The notes below the pieces were generated by a model. The model did not search any database. It had not been told where the DNA came from and was given only the letters and a program-made list of their open reading frames with translations. From IMG/VR virus record IMGVR_UViG_3300023240_000010: a DNA stretch of 64,000 nucleotides; one strand, given 5' to 3'. Both the position numbers and the translations under genes were made by a program. The DNA comes from a virus. Positions 25,638-35,930 of this stretch are shown here, in pieces (the stretch's first letter is position 1; every line of letters begins with the position of its first letter).

Positions 25638-27029
25638 TTATCCTAACTGAATTACGATGCGAATGTCTTCGGTTTGATTAGAACCGCGTGTTATCTGTCC
25701 AACGTTATTTATGTGTAAAATATCACCGGTTGTGGCGTCAACGTCAGGATTAAATAATCTAGTAATCTCGCCGGTACCCGTTACGGTTCTATTGACAAGA
25801 GCGCCGCCGGTATTGAATTTACCGAACCCAGTAGTCTCATCTTGAAAATAATATAACTTTGTATCACTTGGTTCGTAGTAATACACTTTACCTTGTATTG
25901 TGTTTTCTGCATTAGAGAATAGATCATCTGGAGCAAATACACCGTTTGTTAAATTTATCTGTAGAATTTTTAATGCGTTACCAACATTCAAATCAAAGTC
26001 TGAATCAGTAGAAACATAATTCCGCTCGCCGTCACTGTCTCCATACTTCTTTAAGTCTCTTATTAGGCAAGTCTGATAGAAATCATTCTCAGTTCTAATC
26101 TTTGAATCTTCGTCAGACTTGAAGTCTGTTTGTAACATTAGAGCAGTAGACTTCAGAGTCTTAGTTGGATCATCATGAATGCCTTTAGGAGGTGAAAGAA
26201 CGCATCGCAGTACTGCATTGCCTGCTGAGACCGTTGCCTTCGCTCGTCGATAACCTGTACCATTAAGATAAGAGGCGTCAAGATTGCTTTGCGACACTTC
26301 TACTTTTACAATACTGCCTTCATTAATAGTAACTTCGAATTCTGCTCCAGTACCATCACCATCTATAATAACTGTAGGAGTTGCACTGTAACTTGTGCCG
26401 GCATCAACAATTTCAACACTAAGAATTTCACCATCAACGGATGCTTGCTGAAGTGCGTATTGCTCTTGCTCTTCAGCAATAGATGCTCCCGCAAGAACTT
26501 TCTTTACTGGAAACCATTCGTTTGTTTTGTATGTCGCATATGCTAGATTAGAGAGTCTAAACATGAAACGCCATTTGTAAAGATCAACAAGAGTAAAGGT
26601 TTTACCATCAGATGCTAAACCACCACCATTTTCAACAAAACGTGCGTATGTTGTGAATGGTTCATTAACTGAGTTTTGGACAATACCCTCAGAGTTTTTA
26701 CCCTGCTCTATACAAATAAACACTTCTCTTGCTGAATTGATAATATAGAAGTTCTCTTGTGCGGGCAATGCATCGCTATATGCTTCGTAAGAAAATCCAG
26801 TTGACCAAGGAATAGTTTTAACAACATGAGATGCATTATTCAGTGCCTTTACTGACTGAAGCGAATCACGAACTTGATTCTGTGCATAGACTGAGTTATT
26901 AATCGTAGGATTGGTAATCAAGTCTGCCCTTGCAAGACCGATATAATAGTTCTCGGTACTGCCGTCGATGTCTTCTTTCAGTTGATCTAAAAGCAGACTT
27001 CTAAACTGATTAGTAATTGCAGATGTCAT
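25638..27029 (-). CDS. gp8: Baseplate wedge subunit gp8
   Basis: MTSAITNQFR, YYIGLAR, FYIINS..EVFICI, D.YKWRFMF, C-terminal GDILHINN..ITR..NQTEDIRIVIQL. Confidence 0.9.
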   Translation of the reverse strand: MTSAITNQFRSLLLDQLKEDIDGSTENYYIGLARADLITNPTINNSVYAQNQVRDSLQSVKALNNASHVVKTIPWSTGFSYEAYSDALPAQENFYIINSAREVFICIEQGKNSEGIVQNSVNEPFTTYARFVENGGGLASDGKTFTLVDLYKWRFMFRLSNLAYATYKTNEWFPVKKVLAGASIAEEQEQYALQQASVDGEILSVEIVDAGTSYSATPTVIIDGDGTGAEFEVTINEGSIVKVEVSQSNLDASYLNGTGYRRAKATVSAGNAVLRCVLSPPKGIHDDPTKTLKSTALMLQTDFKSDEDSKIRTENDFYQTCLIRDLKKYGDSDGERNYVSTDSDFDLNVGNALKILQINLTNGVFAPDDLFSNAENTIQGKVYYYEPSDTKLYYFQDETTGFGKFNTGGALVNRTVTGTGEITRLFNPDVDATTGDILHINNVGQITRGSNQTEDIRIVIQLG

Positions 27030-27056
27030 TTAATTTTCTCTTTAGTATTATAAGTC

Positions 27057-27064
27057 TATTTATA
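27057..27064 (-). promoter_or_regulatory. T4-type late promoter TATAAATA
   Basis: tatttata at 27057-27064, upstream of gp8. Confidence 0.8.
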
Positions 27065-28847
27065 AGGTATCTGTAAGCACTGCTTTAGCAACAGACGATT
27101 CCGCATCAAACTTCAAAATATTGTTTCTTGTAGGATTAATCACGGACTCGTTAGCAGGTGTCGCTACAATCTTCATGAAGTCGCCTGAGATTAAAGATCC
27201 CGAGAAAGCATTCAGAGTAAGTGTGCCGTTTTGAGCATCATATGATCCCATTACATCTATTTCAACCAGTCCGTCAGAAACATTAATTGCTTCAATCGTG
27301 CTAGTACTAATTCTATTACGTAAGAAACAAGTCTTACCGTTCAAGAAAAAGTTCTCGCTTTGTATAATGTACTCGACATTATCTGGTTGCGCAATAGGAG
27401 CAGGATAGTCAATTACGTAATCGATTGTTCCGCCAACGGGATCAAATCTTGATTGCATCTTAATTGATGATCGACTGGACAATACAGAACCATCAACAGC
27501 ATCAATATCGGATAGCATATTAGACCGTCTGAATGATCGATTGAACTTGCCTAGGTTCTCATCAAAATATTCTGAAGTTGCATTCGATACTAATGCTTGA
27601 ACTGCGCTTTGACCTAGTGACGTTAATCTTGGATTGAACTGAAAGAATGTAGTCACTTCTAAGAAAGTATTAACTGGATCCGTGAACTGAAGTTCGAACG
27701 ATGCAACAGACAAATCTTTCGCCAGTTTCTTAATTGATTCTTTAGTAGATGCAATCACTGTAGCATCTTCTGTAGTAAAGTCGATCGAGAGATACACCGA
27801 ACCATATTTAGGCGGAACATTGTCTTGTCCGCCCCATGCTTTAATGTCGCTGATAACACTCTTGAAATTACGTAGTGTTAAGGCAGCATAGTCTTCAGCA
27901 GTAACCATTCTATTCTGTGCCGCATAGAGATAAGGAGCATTCTTACGAATAGACTCTATTGATTCTTTCTCATTACCACCACCAGCAGTTCCGCTAGTGA
28001 CATTCAATGTCTTACCGCCGACAGTACTTTCGGGAGTAAATACTCTAGCACCATTAGCAGATGGACCAGAAACTGTAGTATATTCAACTAGTATTCTGTT
28101 GCCAGCAGTAGGAGAAGAATTAGTAAATCGAACACCGTTACCAAACGATACTTCATAGAAACCATTAGGAGTTTCCTTTGCTACAAAGATAGCAGAGTTT
28201 ACGTCGATAGTTGTTGCGTCACTAATATTAGTATAAACAGTTCCTACTACATGCGAAGGATCCGTGAATACAGTAACTTTAATAGTAGCAATATCAATAT
28301 TGGTTACGGGGATAATAAAAGAATCTGTCGATGCAGTTTCACCCGCAACAAAGTTTTTACTCTTAACGACACCTTCGTAGATAGGAACGTTGATGTTTGA
28401 ATTCACAGTAAAGTAATATAGATTGCTGCCGTTGTTCGTAGCAGTTAGCGTATCACGAGTCTGAAAGGTGTATGTCTTATTATCAACAGTAGTTGTGAAT
28501 TTAAATCCTGCTGGCATTGTAACACTTGATGGATTATTAGTATCTTCAATCCAAAGATTCACTACAGCATATGCCGCAGTTCTTGAATTGACAGTATAAC
28601 CCAAACCACCCGCTAGACCAACTAGTGATGAACGCATCTGTGCAGTACTCAGGAACGATTCATTCAGAGCATAGTTAGCGACTAGTGCATTTTGGTGTGT
28701 GTTATATGCCAGCACATCCAATAGACTTGACAATGCACTTCCTTCAAAGTTATAGTCATTGAATTCACCTGATTGTATCAAATGTGATTTAAGACTATTC
28801 TTGATCGCACTGAAATCTAAATCCGCAGATTTAATGGTTGTTGCCAT
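27060..28847 (-). CDS. gp6: Baseplate wedge subunit gp6
   Basis: LDFSAIKNSLK..F.DYNFEGSALSSLLDVLAYNTH..NESFLSTAQ.RSS; ESIESIRKNAP..YAAQNRMVTAEDY; WGGQDNVPPKYG. Confidence 0.95.
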   Translation of the reverse strand: MATTIKSADLDFSAIKNSLKSHLIQSGEFNDYNFEGSALSSLLDVLAYNTHQNALVANYALNESFLSTAQMRSSLVGLAGGLGYTVNSRTAAYAVVNLWIEDTNNPSSVTMPAGFKFTTTVDNKTYTFQTRDTLTATNNGSNLYYFTVNSNINVPIYEGVVKSKNFVAGETASTDSFIIPVTNIDIATIKVTVFTDPSHVVGTVYTNISDATTIDVNSAIFVAKETPNGFYEVSFGNGVRFTNSSPTAGNRILVEYTTVSGPSANGARVFTPESTVGGKTLNVTSGTAGGGNEKESIESIRKNAPYLYAAQNRMVTAEDYAALTLRNFKSVISDIKAWGGQDNVPPKYGSVYLSIDFTTEDATVIASTKESIKKLAKDLSVASFELQFTDPVNTFLEVTTFFQFNPRLTSLGQSAVQALVSNATSEYFDENLGKFNRSFRRSNMLSDIDAVDGSVLSSRSSIKMQSRFDPVGGTIDYVIDYPAPIAQPDNVEYIIQSENFFLNGKTCFLRNRISTSTIEAINVSDGLVEIDVMGSYDAQNGTLTLNAFSGSLISGDFMKIVATPANESVINPTRNNILKFDAESSVAKAVLTDTL

Positions 28848-28861
28848 TACTGGTTATCCTC

Positions 28862-29539
28862 TTAAAGTAATCCGCCGGTGATAATTAATATGTTGCCTGA
28901 ATTATCAGAGAACGATATTTCATCACCGTCTTGTGTTAAAATTGCACCATCAACAGTATCACCAATATCTCTAATTAAGTAGGCGCCTGCTTCAGTCAAT
29001 GTTCTTAATGTTACATTATCATCTCTTTCTGATAGTACGACTCTATCAATGATCTGATCTGGAGTAACTGGTAGCACGATAGGTAGAGCAGGACCTGCTG
29101 TCTGGTCACTAACTGATATCTTTAGCGTATCTACTTGTTGAGTATTCAGAATGCGAAATTCTATTACAACCGCAACACTATTGTAATCTGGTGTCGCTGT
29201 TACTTGAAGTCGTAAGATTGCTACTCTTGGTTCGAATCTTTCTATCGCTGTTTTAATAGCAGATGATATTTCAGCACCTGTATCTTCATCAGCAAGATTG
29301 AATAGCAGAGAGTTTAAGTCTGCGCCAAACTGAGGTTTATAAGGTTTCTCGAAACGATTCGTTAAAAGAAGAGTCTTGATCGCCTGTTTTACTGATGCGG
29401 CATCGGTCTTCTTATATACATCACCGCCACTGGTAGTATTTGCCTCAAACGTAAGATCAAAATCAGAATACAGGCGTTCGCGCACGACTCTAATACTCGT
29501 GCTGAGATTGCCATCTTCTGTTGAAAAAATCTTCGCCAT
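28862..29539 (-). CDS. gp25: Baseplate wedge subunit gp25 with a C-terminal extension
   Basis: YSDFDL.F..DV.KKTDAASVKQAIKTLLLTNRFEKPYKPQFG..I..AIERFEPRV; about 80 extra C-terminal residues. Confidence 0.9.
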   Translation of the reverse strand: MAKIFSTEDGNLSTSIRVVRERLYSDFDLTFEANTTSGGDVYKKTDAASVKQAIKTLLLTNRFEKPYKPQFGADLNSLLFNLADEDTGAEISSAIKTAIERFEPRVAILRLQVTATPDYNSVAVVIEFRILNTQQVDTLKISVSDQTAGPALPIVLPVTPDQIIDRVVLSERDDNVTLRTLTEAGAYLIRDIGDTVDGAILTQDGDEISFSDNSGNILIITGGLL

Positions 29540-29561
29540 GTCGCTGAAACCCTTTTTCTTT

Positions 29562-29569
29562 TATTTATA
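29562..29569 (-). promoter_or_regulatory. T4-type late promoter TATAAATA
   Basis: tatttata at 29562-29569, upstream of gp25. Confidence 0.85.
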
Positions 29570-29577
29570 AGTTATTT

Positions 29578-30345
29578 CTAAGAGAAAAAATCAAATATGC
29601 TAGATTGATCGTCTTCTTCTGGAAGTATTTCTAGTAACTCGTCTTTCGACTGAAGTTCGCCATTATAAGTTGTTTCAAGATTGTACTTGTAACTCACATC
29701 CCAATCAGTACCAACTTTAGGCATCTCTAATATAATAGAGCAAGTAAGATCGCCGTTCGGATCAAATGTGTCGTAGTCAAGTGTTAACTTATCATAGTTC
29801 ATATAATCTTTCCAGAACACTGCGAGATCAAATGACATTCTAGGATCAGTCTTACCTTGCTGATCGATTAGTTGATATACAACTGTACGTCCAGTTCTTC
29901 GTAAGTCATTGATACTATTTGATGTTGGTTTCTCGCCAGTGTATATTGGTAGTCTAGCAACCCATCCATCAGGACCTTTACCATAAGAACCTTTATTGTT
30001 CTCTGCTAGTTTCTTTGCTTGTGCTTCACTGCCTGCAGGTCTTTCTTCTATAGTGAACTTAGGATTAGGTTCATAGATGCCTTCACTCACAACCAATCTA
30101 TGCTTCGAAAAGAATGAGTTTGTAGAAATAATCTGCATTGCTTGTGTGTGAAGAACTAAGTTTCTAGCAATCTGCGCTTTATCAGGTGCACCAAAGAAAC
30201 CGTCAGCATATAGTTTCTCTAACTGTGTACGTGAACCTCTAGCACCCAGAAACTTAGCAAGTGTTACACCTGGTCCAAGTTTAGTCGCTGAAGTGATAGA
30301 CGTTTGAAACTCTGGGTTGTACTGTGGATCTACCAATAACTTCAT
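29578..30345 (-). CDS. gp5-associated protein, degenerate peptidase-M15-like fold
   Basis: TKLGPGVTLAKF..IARNL..RLVVSEGIY..G..V..YDKLTLDY echoes the M15A layout but lacks the QH/D/WVH zinc ligands. Confidence 0.45.
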   Translation of the reverse strand: MKLLVDPQYNPEFQTSITSATKLGPGVTLAKFLGARGSRTQLEKLYADGFFGAPDKAQIARNLVLHTQAMQIISTNSFFSKHRLVVSEGIYEPNPKFTIEERPAGSEAQAKKLAENNKGSYGKGPDGWVARLPIYTGEKPTSNSINDLRRTGRTVVYQLIDQQGKTDPRMSFDLAVFWKDYMNYDKLTLDYDTFDPNGDLTCSIILEMPKVGTDWDVSYKYNLETTYNGELQSKDELLEILPEEDDQSSIFDFFS

Positions 30346-31796
30346 TTCGTATTTACCTTAAATCGCTTGCTTCTTGTATCAGCAGGGTTATTGCCGAGAG
30401 TGTTGATGCCAAATCTAATAGTTCCTTTCTTAGATGCTGATCGACCAATGTTTCTGGCAATGTTCTTCTTAAAGTCTTTATTCAGTTTACCTTCACTCAC
30501 TAGATAACTTGTGAAATCACCATTATTAAAGTGTTGTGGGTCACGTAACTTCGAACGAATCTCATGAATCGTTGGATCAAAGTTAAACAGTTCTTTATAG
30601 TCATCTGACTTGCTGATTTTATCTTTCAGTTTAGGATCAACAACTACGTTTCTAATTCCATAGTTACTTGTCGCTAACTGCAACTCAATGATTGCAGGTT
30701 GTGGCAGAGGCGCAGTAGGCGGCACAGGTAGATAAGGCATTATGCCTGCTTTTGGTGTAGGAGGACTTACTACACATGGCGCTTCTTTTTTCGCTATAAG
30801 TGCTTTCGCAGAACCTTTAGCGAACTCTGCTATAGATGATGTGATAGCATAGTCAGCATGAATTGCTTCGGTTGCTCTACCTACTAATGTGCCGTAGAAT
30901 GTTGAAAGATTAGTCAGACCGCCTGGCATACCGCCATATGTTTTACCGTAGTAATCAATGAGTGGTCCACCGATAGTTCCTTTGTGACCAATTATACTAA
31001 CGTGTCGTGCTGATATATTAGCAGTCGATGCTGTCGCAACCCACTCATTAACAGCAGTCGTAATTAGTGAGGTGCCTGTTAGTATTTCTATATCGCCTTC
31101 TACTAAGTTCTGTTGTTTACCTTTAACAATAACATTGTTGTCGCCAAGTATCGTTTCTGTGTTCATGCCGACAACTTGACTACCACGCGATCCGCGTATA
31201 GTATAGTTCTGATCTTTGTTTACAGTTTTTGCGTGTCTTCCTTTAATCTCTTCAATTTTATCTCCTGCAACTTTGAGATTGTAATTCCCACCAATATCAA
31301 CATTATAGTCGCCAGACACTGAGAGATTAAGATTGCCCTTATAAACAAGATTGCCATCTCCTTCAATAATAGTAGTATGATCCCCACCCGTAACTTCAAT
31401 CTTCTGATTCTTCGAGACTATCAGAACAGTACCGTCAGCACGTAACTCTACACCCGCACCAGTTCTGTGCTTGAGCAAAATACGTTCACCGCCAGGTGTG
31501 TCATCTACTTCTATAGAATGTCCTGACTGCGTTTCTTGTACTTGATTGTAAGGATACTGTGATGGTTTCTGTGATGGAATATCAATCGATACTCCGAAGT
31601 CCCCACCCCCAAGATCGAGATTGTTTATCTTCTCGCCTTTTGCTGCCTTGTTTACACTCGTGCCGAAGAAGTATTCACGATTAGGAAATTCACCAGACGC
31701 ATCCGCAAATCCGTCGCGAGGAACTCCGACTGTTACTTCTTCGCCCTCACCTAAAAACTTTGTTCGCGAGGCGATATTATCTAGTTTATTTGTCAT
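30342..31796 (-). CDS. gp5: gp5 C-terminal part (needle / beta-helix)
   Basis: SQYPYNQVQETQSGHSIEVDDTPGGERILLKHRTG plus VxGD/N-type 8-residue beta-helix repeats. Confidence 0.88.
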   Translation of the reverse strand: MTNKLDNIASRTKFLGEGEEVTVGVPRDGFADASGEFPNREYFFGTSVNKAAKGEKINNLDLGGGDFGVSIDIPSQKPSQYPYNQVQETQSGHSIEVDDTPGGERILLKHRTGAGVELRADGTVLIVSKNQKIEVTGGDHTTIIEGDGNLVYKGNLNLSVSGDYNVDIGGNYNLKVAGDKIEEIKGRHAKTVNKDQNYTIRGSRGSQVVGMNTETILGDNNVIVKGKQQNLVEGDIEILTGTSLITTAVNEWVATASTANISARHVSIIGHKGTIGGPLIDYYGKTYGGMPGGLTNLSTFYGTLVGRATEAIHADYAITSSIAEFAKGSAKALIAKKEAPCVVSPPTPKAGIMPYLPVPPTAPLPQPAIIELQLATSNYGIRNVVVDPKLKDKISKSDDYKELFNFDPTIHEIRSKLRDPQHFNNGDFTSYLVSEGKLNKDFKKNIARNIGRSASKKGTIRFGINTLGNNPADTRSKRFKVNTK

Positions 31797-33694
31797 TTCG
31801 TTAATATCTCATCTATTGTAAATGGTTGCTGAGTAAGCGGGGTTTTAAACTTACTCTTCTTACCAAAGTTTGCTCGTACATAACTGATAACATCAAACCC
31901 AGGATCAAACTCGTCTTCGTCAATATTACTATGTCCAATAATCTGTGCGCCAGGCATAACACTATATGTTGCGCGACAGAAGTGATCGAAGGTATTAACT
32001 TGACTTCTAGTCAATGACTGAGCAGATAGAAAGTTTTCACTATTGGGGGTTTCACTTGGCACGTTAATACCACCAACAAATACTATTCCTATACTTCGCT
32101 CGTCATGATTGTTACCCGGAGAATGTTGTCCTTCGAGATTGACTGGTCGACCTCGTTGAAGTGAACCATCTCTTCTGATAACATAATGATAACCAATACC
32201 GTTTAGACCAGCGGCAATGTGATATTTATTAATCTCTTCGGACCCGATATTCTTGTTCGTGTGAGTCTCTGTCCAATGAACAACAACCTCTGTTACCTCA
32301 CGACTTACGTTTTTGATATCCGCATGTAGTTCTTCTAGTGATGATATGTACGGGAATGCAGGATCGCCTTCACCGTCATTCCACGATGTTTTGTATGATC
32401 CAATAACATAAGGTTCACCAAACACTTGATCTTCTAGTAATGGTTTAGTAGCATCAAAGATTGTAGTATCGATAGTCTTCAAGAAAGTTTTAATCACGTT
32501 GTAGTCTTTCTTAGTTATATCAAACATCTTTCTTACCGCCTGAGAAAACTCGGCAGCATCTCCCTGACACAAATCAACAATATCAATAATATCTTCTCTT
32601 GAAACTGTTCGGGGAAAGGTGAAGTCGAAGAACTCTTTATTGATATTCTTCAAGGTTTCTTGATTGAGTCCTTGAATAACACCACGCTTAGAGTCATTAG
32701 CAATCTTTGACTTGACCATGGTTCGATACTCGCTGCCTTTCTTGTCGTACAGTGATCGATATTCAGCGCCTTTATCAACATCTGCTTGAACAGTCTTGCC
32801 GTCTTTGCCAGTTAGATTTGCTAGATCAGATATTTCGCCTGCTTTATTAGATTTGATATCTTGTGCGCTAGTCACTGTCGCTCTTAAATCTGTTATCGAA
32901 CCAGTCAAATCTGCCATAGAACGATTGAATGCACTGTCGTTATTTTCCATTGCTCCTGTAACAGTAGTGTATGCAGTCGCTTCACCGTTCGAATCCCAAC
33001 CACTTGGAAACGATAGATTCTTGTTGACACTATTAAGAACATTAGAACCTGCATCAACAACTTGACTTAAAGCACCATTCGTAACATTTTTGAGTGTATC
33101 TGTGACTGAGTTGACCGCGATTTCTGTTAGACTCGCAATCGCGGCAGCACCATCAAAAGCACCTAACTTACCAACAACTGATTTGCTCGCACCAATAAGA
33201 CCTGCAGGACTTCCTTCTGCAACTAGTTTCTGTAGACTACCAGGACCTACTCCCAGACCAGTGATCAATTGAAGTATAGATGCCGCAGTTGGATCTACAC
33301 CACCTTGAGGCACTAAAGATGATAGAAGAGGATATACCATACCCGAAGAATCTGGTTCACTGAATGTTACTTTAACTGATGATCCAAACTTTCCAATGAA
33401 ACCAGAGACAAGACTATTAACCGCATCAGTTGCCATTCCGTCGAGACTTGCGATACCATCATCAACTAGACCTTCGACAGTTGTTGTGTTTAACTTGTCT
33501 TGAAACTTATCAACTTTAGATGACAGTGATTGAATACCACCTTCTACTTGACCTGCTATCTGTCCTGTAGTCGTTTCAACTTGATTCTTTAAGTTTTCGA
33601 CAGCATCTTGTCCAGACTTAGTTAACTGTGTTGTGTCAACTGCCTTCTGAGCGTTATCTAACTTCTCTCTGAGGATATCACTATTAGTACCCAT
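31793..33694 (-). CDS. Baseplate-associated N-acetylmuramoyl-L-alanine amidase (Amidase_2, T7-lysozyme type) on a long helical N-terminus
   Basis: VVVHWT..IGYHYVIRRDGSLQRGRP..G.H..N..SIGIVFVGG..IIGH..DPGFDV. Confidence 0.88.
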   Translation of the reverse strand: MGTNSDILREKLDNAQKAVDTTQLTKSGQDAVENLKNQVETTTGQIAGQVEGGIQSLSSKVDKFQDKLNTTTVEGLVDDGIASLDGMATDAVNSLVSGFIGKFGSSVKVTFSEPDSSGMVYPLLSSLVPQGGVDPTAASILQLITGLGVGPGSLQKLVAEGSPAGLIGASKSVVGKLGAFDGAAAIASLTEIAVNSVTDTLKNVTNGALSQVVDAGSNVLNSVNKNLSFPSGWDSNGEATAYTTVTGAMENNDSAFNRSMADLTGSITDLRATVTSAQDIKSNKAGEISDLANLTGKDGKTVQADVDKGAEYRSLYDKKGSEYRTMVKSKIANDSKRGVIQGLNQETLKNINKEFFDFTFPRTVSREDIIDIVDLCQGDAAEFSQAVRKMFDITKKDYNVIKTFLKTIDTTIFDATKPLLEDQVFGEPYVIGSYKTSWNDGEGDPAFPYISSLEELHADIKNVSREVTEVVVHWTETHTNKNIGSEEINKYHIAAGLNGIGYHYVIRRDGSLQRGRPVNLEGQHSPGNNHDERSIGIVFVGGINVPSETPNSENFLSAQSLTRSQVNTFDHFCRATYSVMPGAQIIGHSNIDEDEFDPGFDVISYVRANFGKKSKFKTPLTQQPFTIDEILTK

Positions 33695-34575
33695 TATGAT
33701 ATTACCTCATCGTATGCTTGTTGAGCGAGTCTATTACTCACACCAGTATTCTTTAGATAATATCTGTTCATTACTTCACTCGCATCCTTAATATTAGATG
33801 TTGCTATCAAACGACTATTCTCTTGACTGAAAGATGTCCTTAATTCATACAACACAAACTGTAGTTGGAGAGAGAAAGACTTCCAGTCAGAGTTGGGTGA
33901 GAACTGTGCCGCAAACTTTAGTAGATTGTTATAACGACTGCCCAAGGATCTAACCTTTTTCCAACCAGCAATGCCTAATTTAGGAGTGAGAAATGCATCT
34001 AGGAAACTTTCGTCATATATTTCAAACTGAGACTGTCCTTGAAGCGCGCCTGTAATTGCTGCGGCATGCATGATATCGTAACCATTGTCAATAAAGAACT
34101 TCATGCTCTGTTGTCTACGTAAAGGTATTCTCGCTTTATCTAACTTGTCATCTTTAAACTGTTGTGTTACTACGTTCTGTAGTCTTCGCTTAGTGTAGTC
34201 AACAGCATTCTCGTCTGGGTTTCTTCTGCCGGTCTGTACAGCAGAGGGATATTCAACACGAGATAATGATCCAAGAATGAGCGGCAACTGAGAAGTAGTA
34301 CCATCCATGAACATACCGAACACAAATGCACCCTGTACAATCTGAGGAATACGTCCTATACCCGATGCACCGCCTTCAGTAGTCGGTATGAGTATCTGTG
34401 CCCAAGGTAAATCTTTCTCAGGAATATCACCAGTGCTAGGACTATGTACGCCATTGATTCGCACTTTAACTCTGCCTTCAAGACCAGCAGGTGGATGTGC
34501 ATTGACTACAGTGCCAAAGAACCAACGATGATCATCACCGTAAAAGTCTTTCTGAATGGGTACTAGAGTATTCAT
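33694..34575 (-). CDS. gp5: gp5 N-terminal OB-fold fused to a Phage_lysozyme2-like domain
   Basis: FYG..RWFFGTVV...GRVKVRING.H...DLPWAQ..P...G..VFGMFMDG...QLPLILG, then AAAITGALQGQS..GIAGW..R...QLQFVLYEL. Confidence 0.85.
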   Translation of the reverse strand: MNTLVPIQKDFYGDDHRWFFGTVVNAHPPAGLEGRVKVRINGVHSPSTGDIPEKDLPWAQILIPTTEGGASGIGRIPQIVQGAFVFGMFMDGTTSQLPLILGSLSRVEYPSAVQTGRRNPDENAVDYTKRRLQNVVTQQFKDDKLDKARIPLRRQQSMKFFIDNGYDIMHAAAITGALQGQSQFEIYDESFLDAFLTPKLGIAGWKKVRSLGSRYNNLLKFAAQFSPNSDWKSFSLQLQFVLYELRTSFSQENSRLIATSNIKDASEVMNRYYLKNTGVSNRLAQQAYDEVIS

Positions 34576-35927
34576 AACTTAAAGTCATCCGGTAGTTCGC
34601 CAAGTTTCGATAATCTAAGTTGAGTGATATTCTTCTCGCTCGTTAGTTTATGATTTATTGCTATGATGAAATAGTCTCCTGACTTTCTCATATCTATCTG
34701 TTCTGCAAAATCTTTTTCATCGCCACCAACGTCACTGCTCAAGAAAAGAAGTCTAACTTTATTTCCAACGCTAACTGATCCACTGAAAAAGAATGTTCCG
34801 TTCATGCCTATGTCAATCATATTCTTTTTCATAATAGAACGTATGATCTTGTTCTTAACCTTCAATCTTGATTCGACTATATCGCTATTGCCGTCAAGTA
34901 AAGTTGCTTCGTCGTGATAACTAAGAAACTGATTGTAAGTTCCTGAGGAGGTCACTTGATGTATGTGCAGTGAGTTGTATTCATCTGACAACTTACCGTC
35001 TATCTTTAAAGTTGGATCATAGACTGATTGAATCGATTCTATTGATAATAGTCCATTAGTATAGAACTCGTCGATGATGTCACGTACTGTTACATGATCA
35101 TCAACTGAGTTGCCTGTTCCCGCATCCAGATTAGAATAGAGTGAACCGATAGAACCCTCTTCGTATAATGCAAGAGAGTTCGAACCATCGGTTTCTCTAA
35201 ACTCGATGATTTCATATAAGTTGCGTCGTGGATCATCGCTCGCTTGAAGTGCCTTTGAGTATCTGAATGGCATATCTTCGTTGATAACATCTTCGCCCAA
35301 AAGATTATCCAAGTCAGACATGACTAAACCGTCTTGATATAAACTTGAATAGAGATAGATAGGTGCACCAATCTTCGTCGTTGCTCTAATCTTTAACCAT
35401 TGTATGGCGGCAATAGGACTCATATAGGGAACAATGATCTTTCGTTCACCCTGCACTGATCCTGTGAATAGATGTCTATCTACACTTTTGCCTAAATCGC
35501 GATTACATATATTCTCTATGATGTCTTCTAAGTTGGCAGTGTATGATCTACTGAATTGTTTAACGGCATCAACATATACATGCTCTTCGACTAAATCGAC
35601 CGATAGCATTTCACTTCTTTCGTTCAATCGTTTTGACTCTACTATGCTGGCGAAGTAGAAGTATTTAATAATAGAAGGTTCTTCGGGATGCTCTGCATCG
35701 CCCACAACAATACGAATACGCTCTGTGCCTTGAACACCTAGCGCCTCCTTTAAACCCATATCGTCAATAAACACAATGCTTGCGTCTATAAAGGGTTCAT
35801 CGATATGCTCGAAGAATTGTAGTTCTATAACATTACTCTTGATGTCAATTGAACTATCTTCACCAGAGGATGTCGAAGATATTACTGCCGCTTCAAGAAT
35901 ACTATACTGTGATTGATTATCTGCCAT
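34572..35927 (-). CDS. Baseplate hub protein (gp27-like)
   Basis: Position between gp53 and gp5; ELQFFEHIDEPFI..DD.G...G.ERI; IIVPYMSP..AIQWL; SGDYFIIAINH. Confidence 0.7.
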   Translation of the reverse strand: MADNQSQYSILEAAVISSTSSGEDSSIDIKSNVIELQFFEHIDEPFIDASIVFIDDMGLKEALGVQGTERIRIVVGDAEHPEEPSIIKYFYFASIVESKRLNERSEMLSVDLVEEHVYVDAVKQFSRSYTANLEDIIENICNRDLGKSVDRHLFTGSVQGERKIIVPYMSPIAAIQWLKIRATTKIGAPIYLYSSLYQDGLVMSDLDNLLGEDVINEDMPFRYSKALQASDDPRRNLYEIIEFRETDGSNSLALYEEGSIGSLYSNLDAGTGNSVDDHVTVRDIIDEFYTNGLLSIESIQSVYDPTLKIDGKLSDEYNSLHIHQVTSSGTYNQFLSYHDEATLLDGNSDIVESRLKVKNKIIRSIMKKNMIDIGMNGTFFFSGSVSVGNKVRLLFLSSDVGGDEKDFAEQIDMRKSGDYFIIAINHKLTSEKNITQLRLSKLGELPDDFKL

Positions 35928-35930
35928 ATG

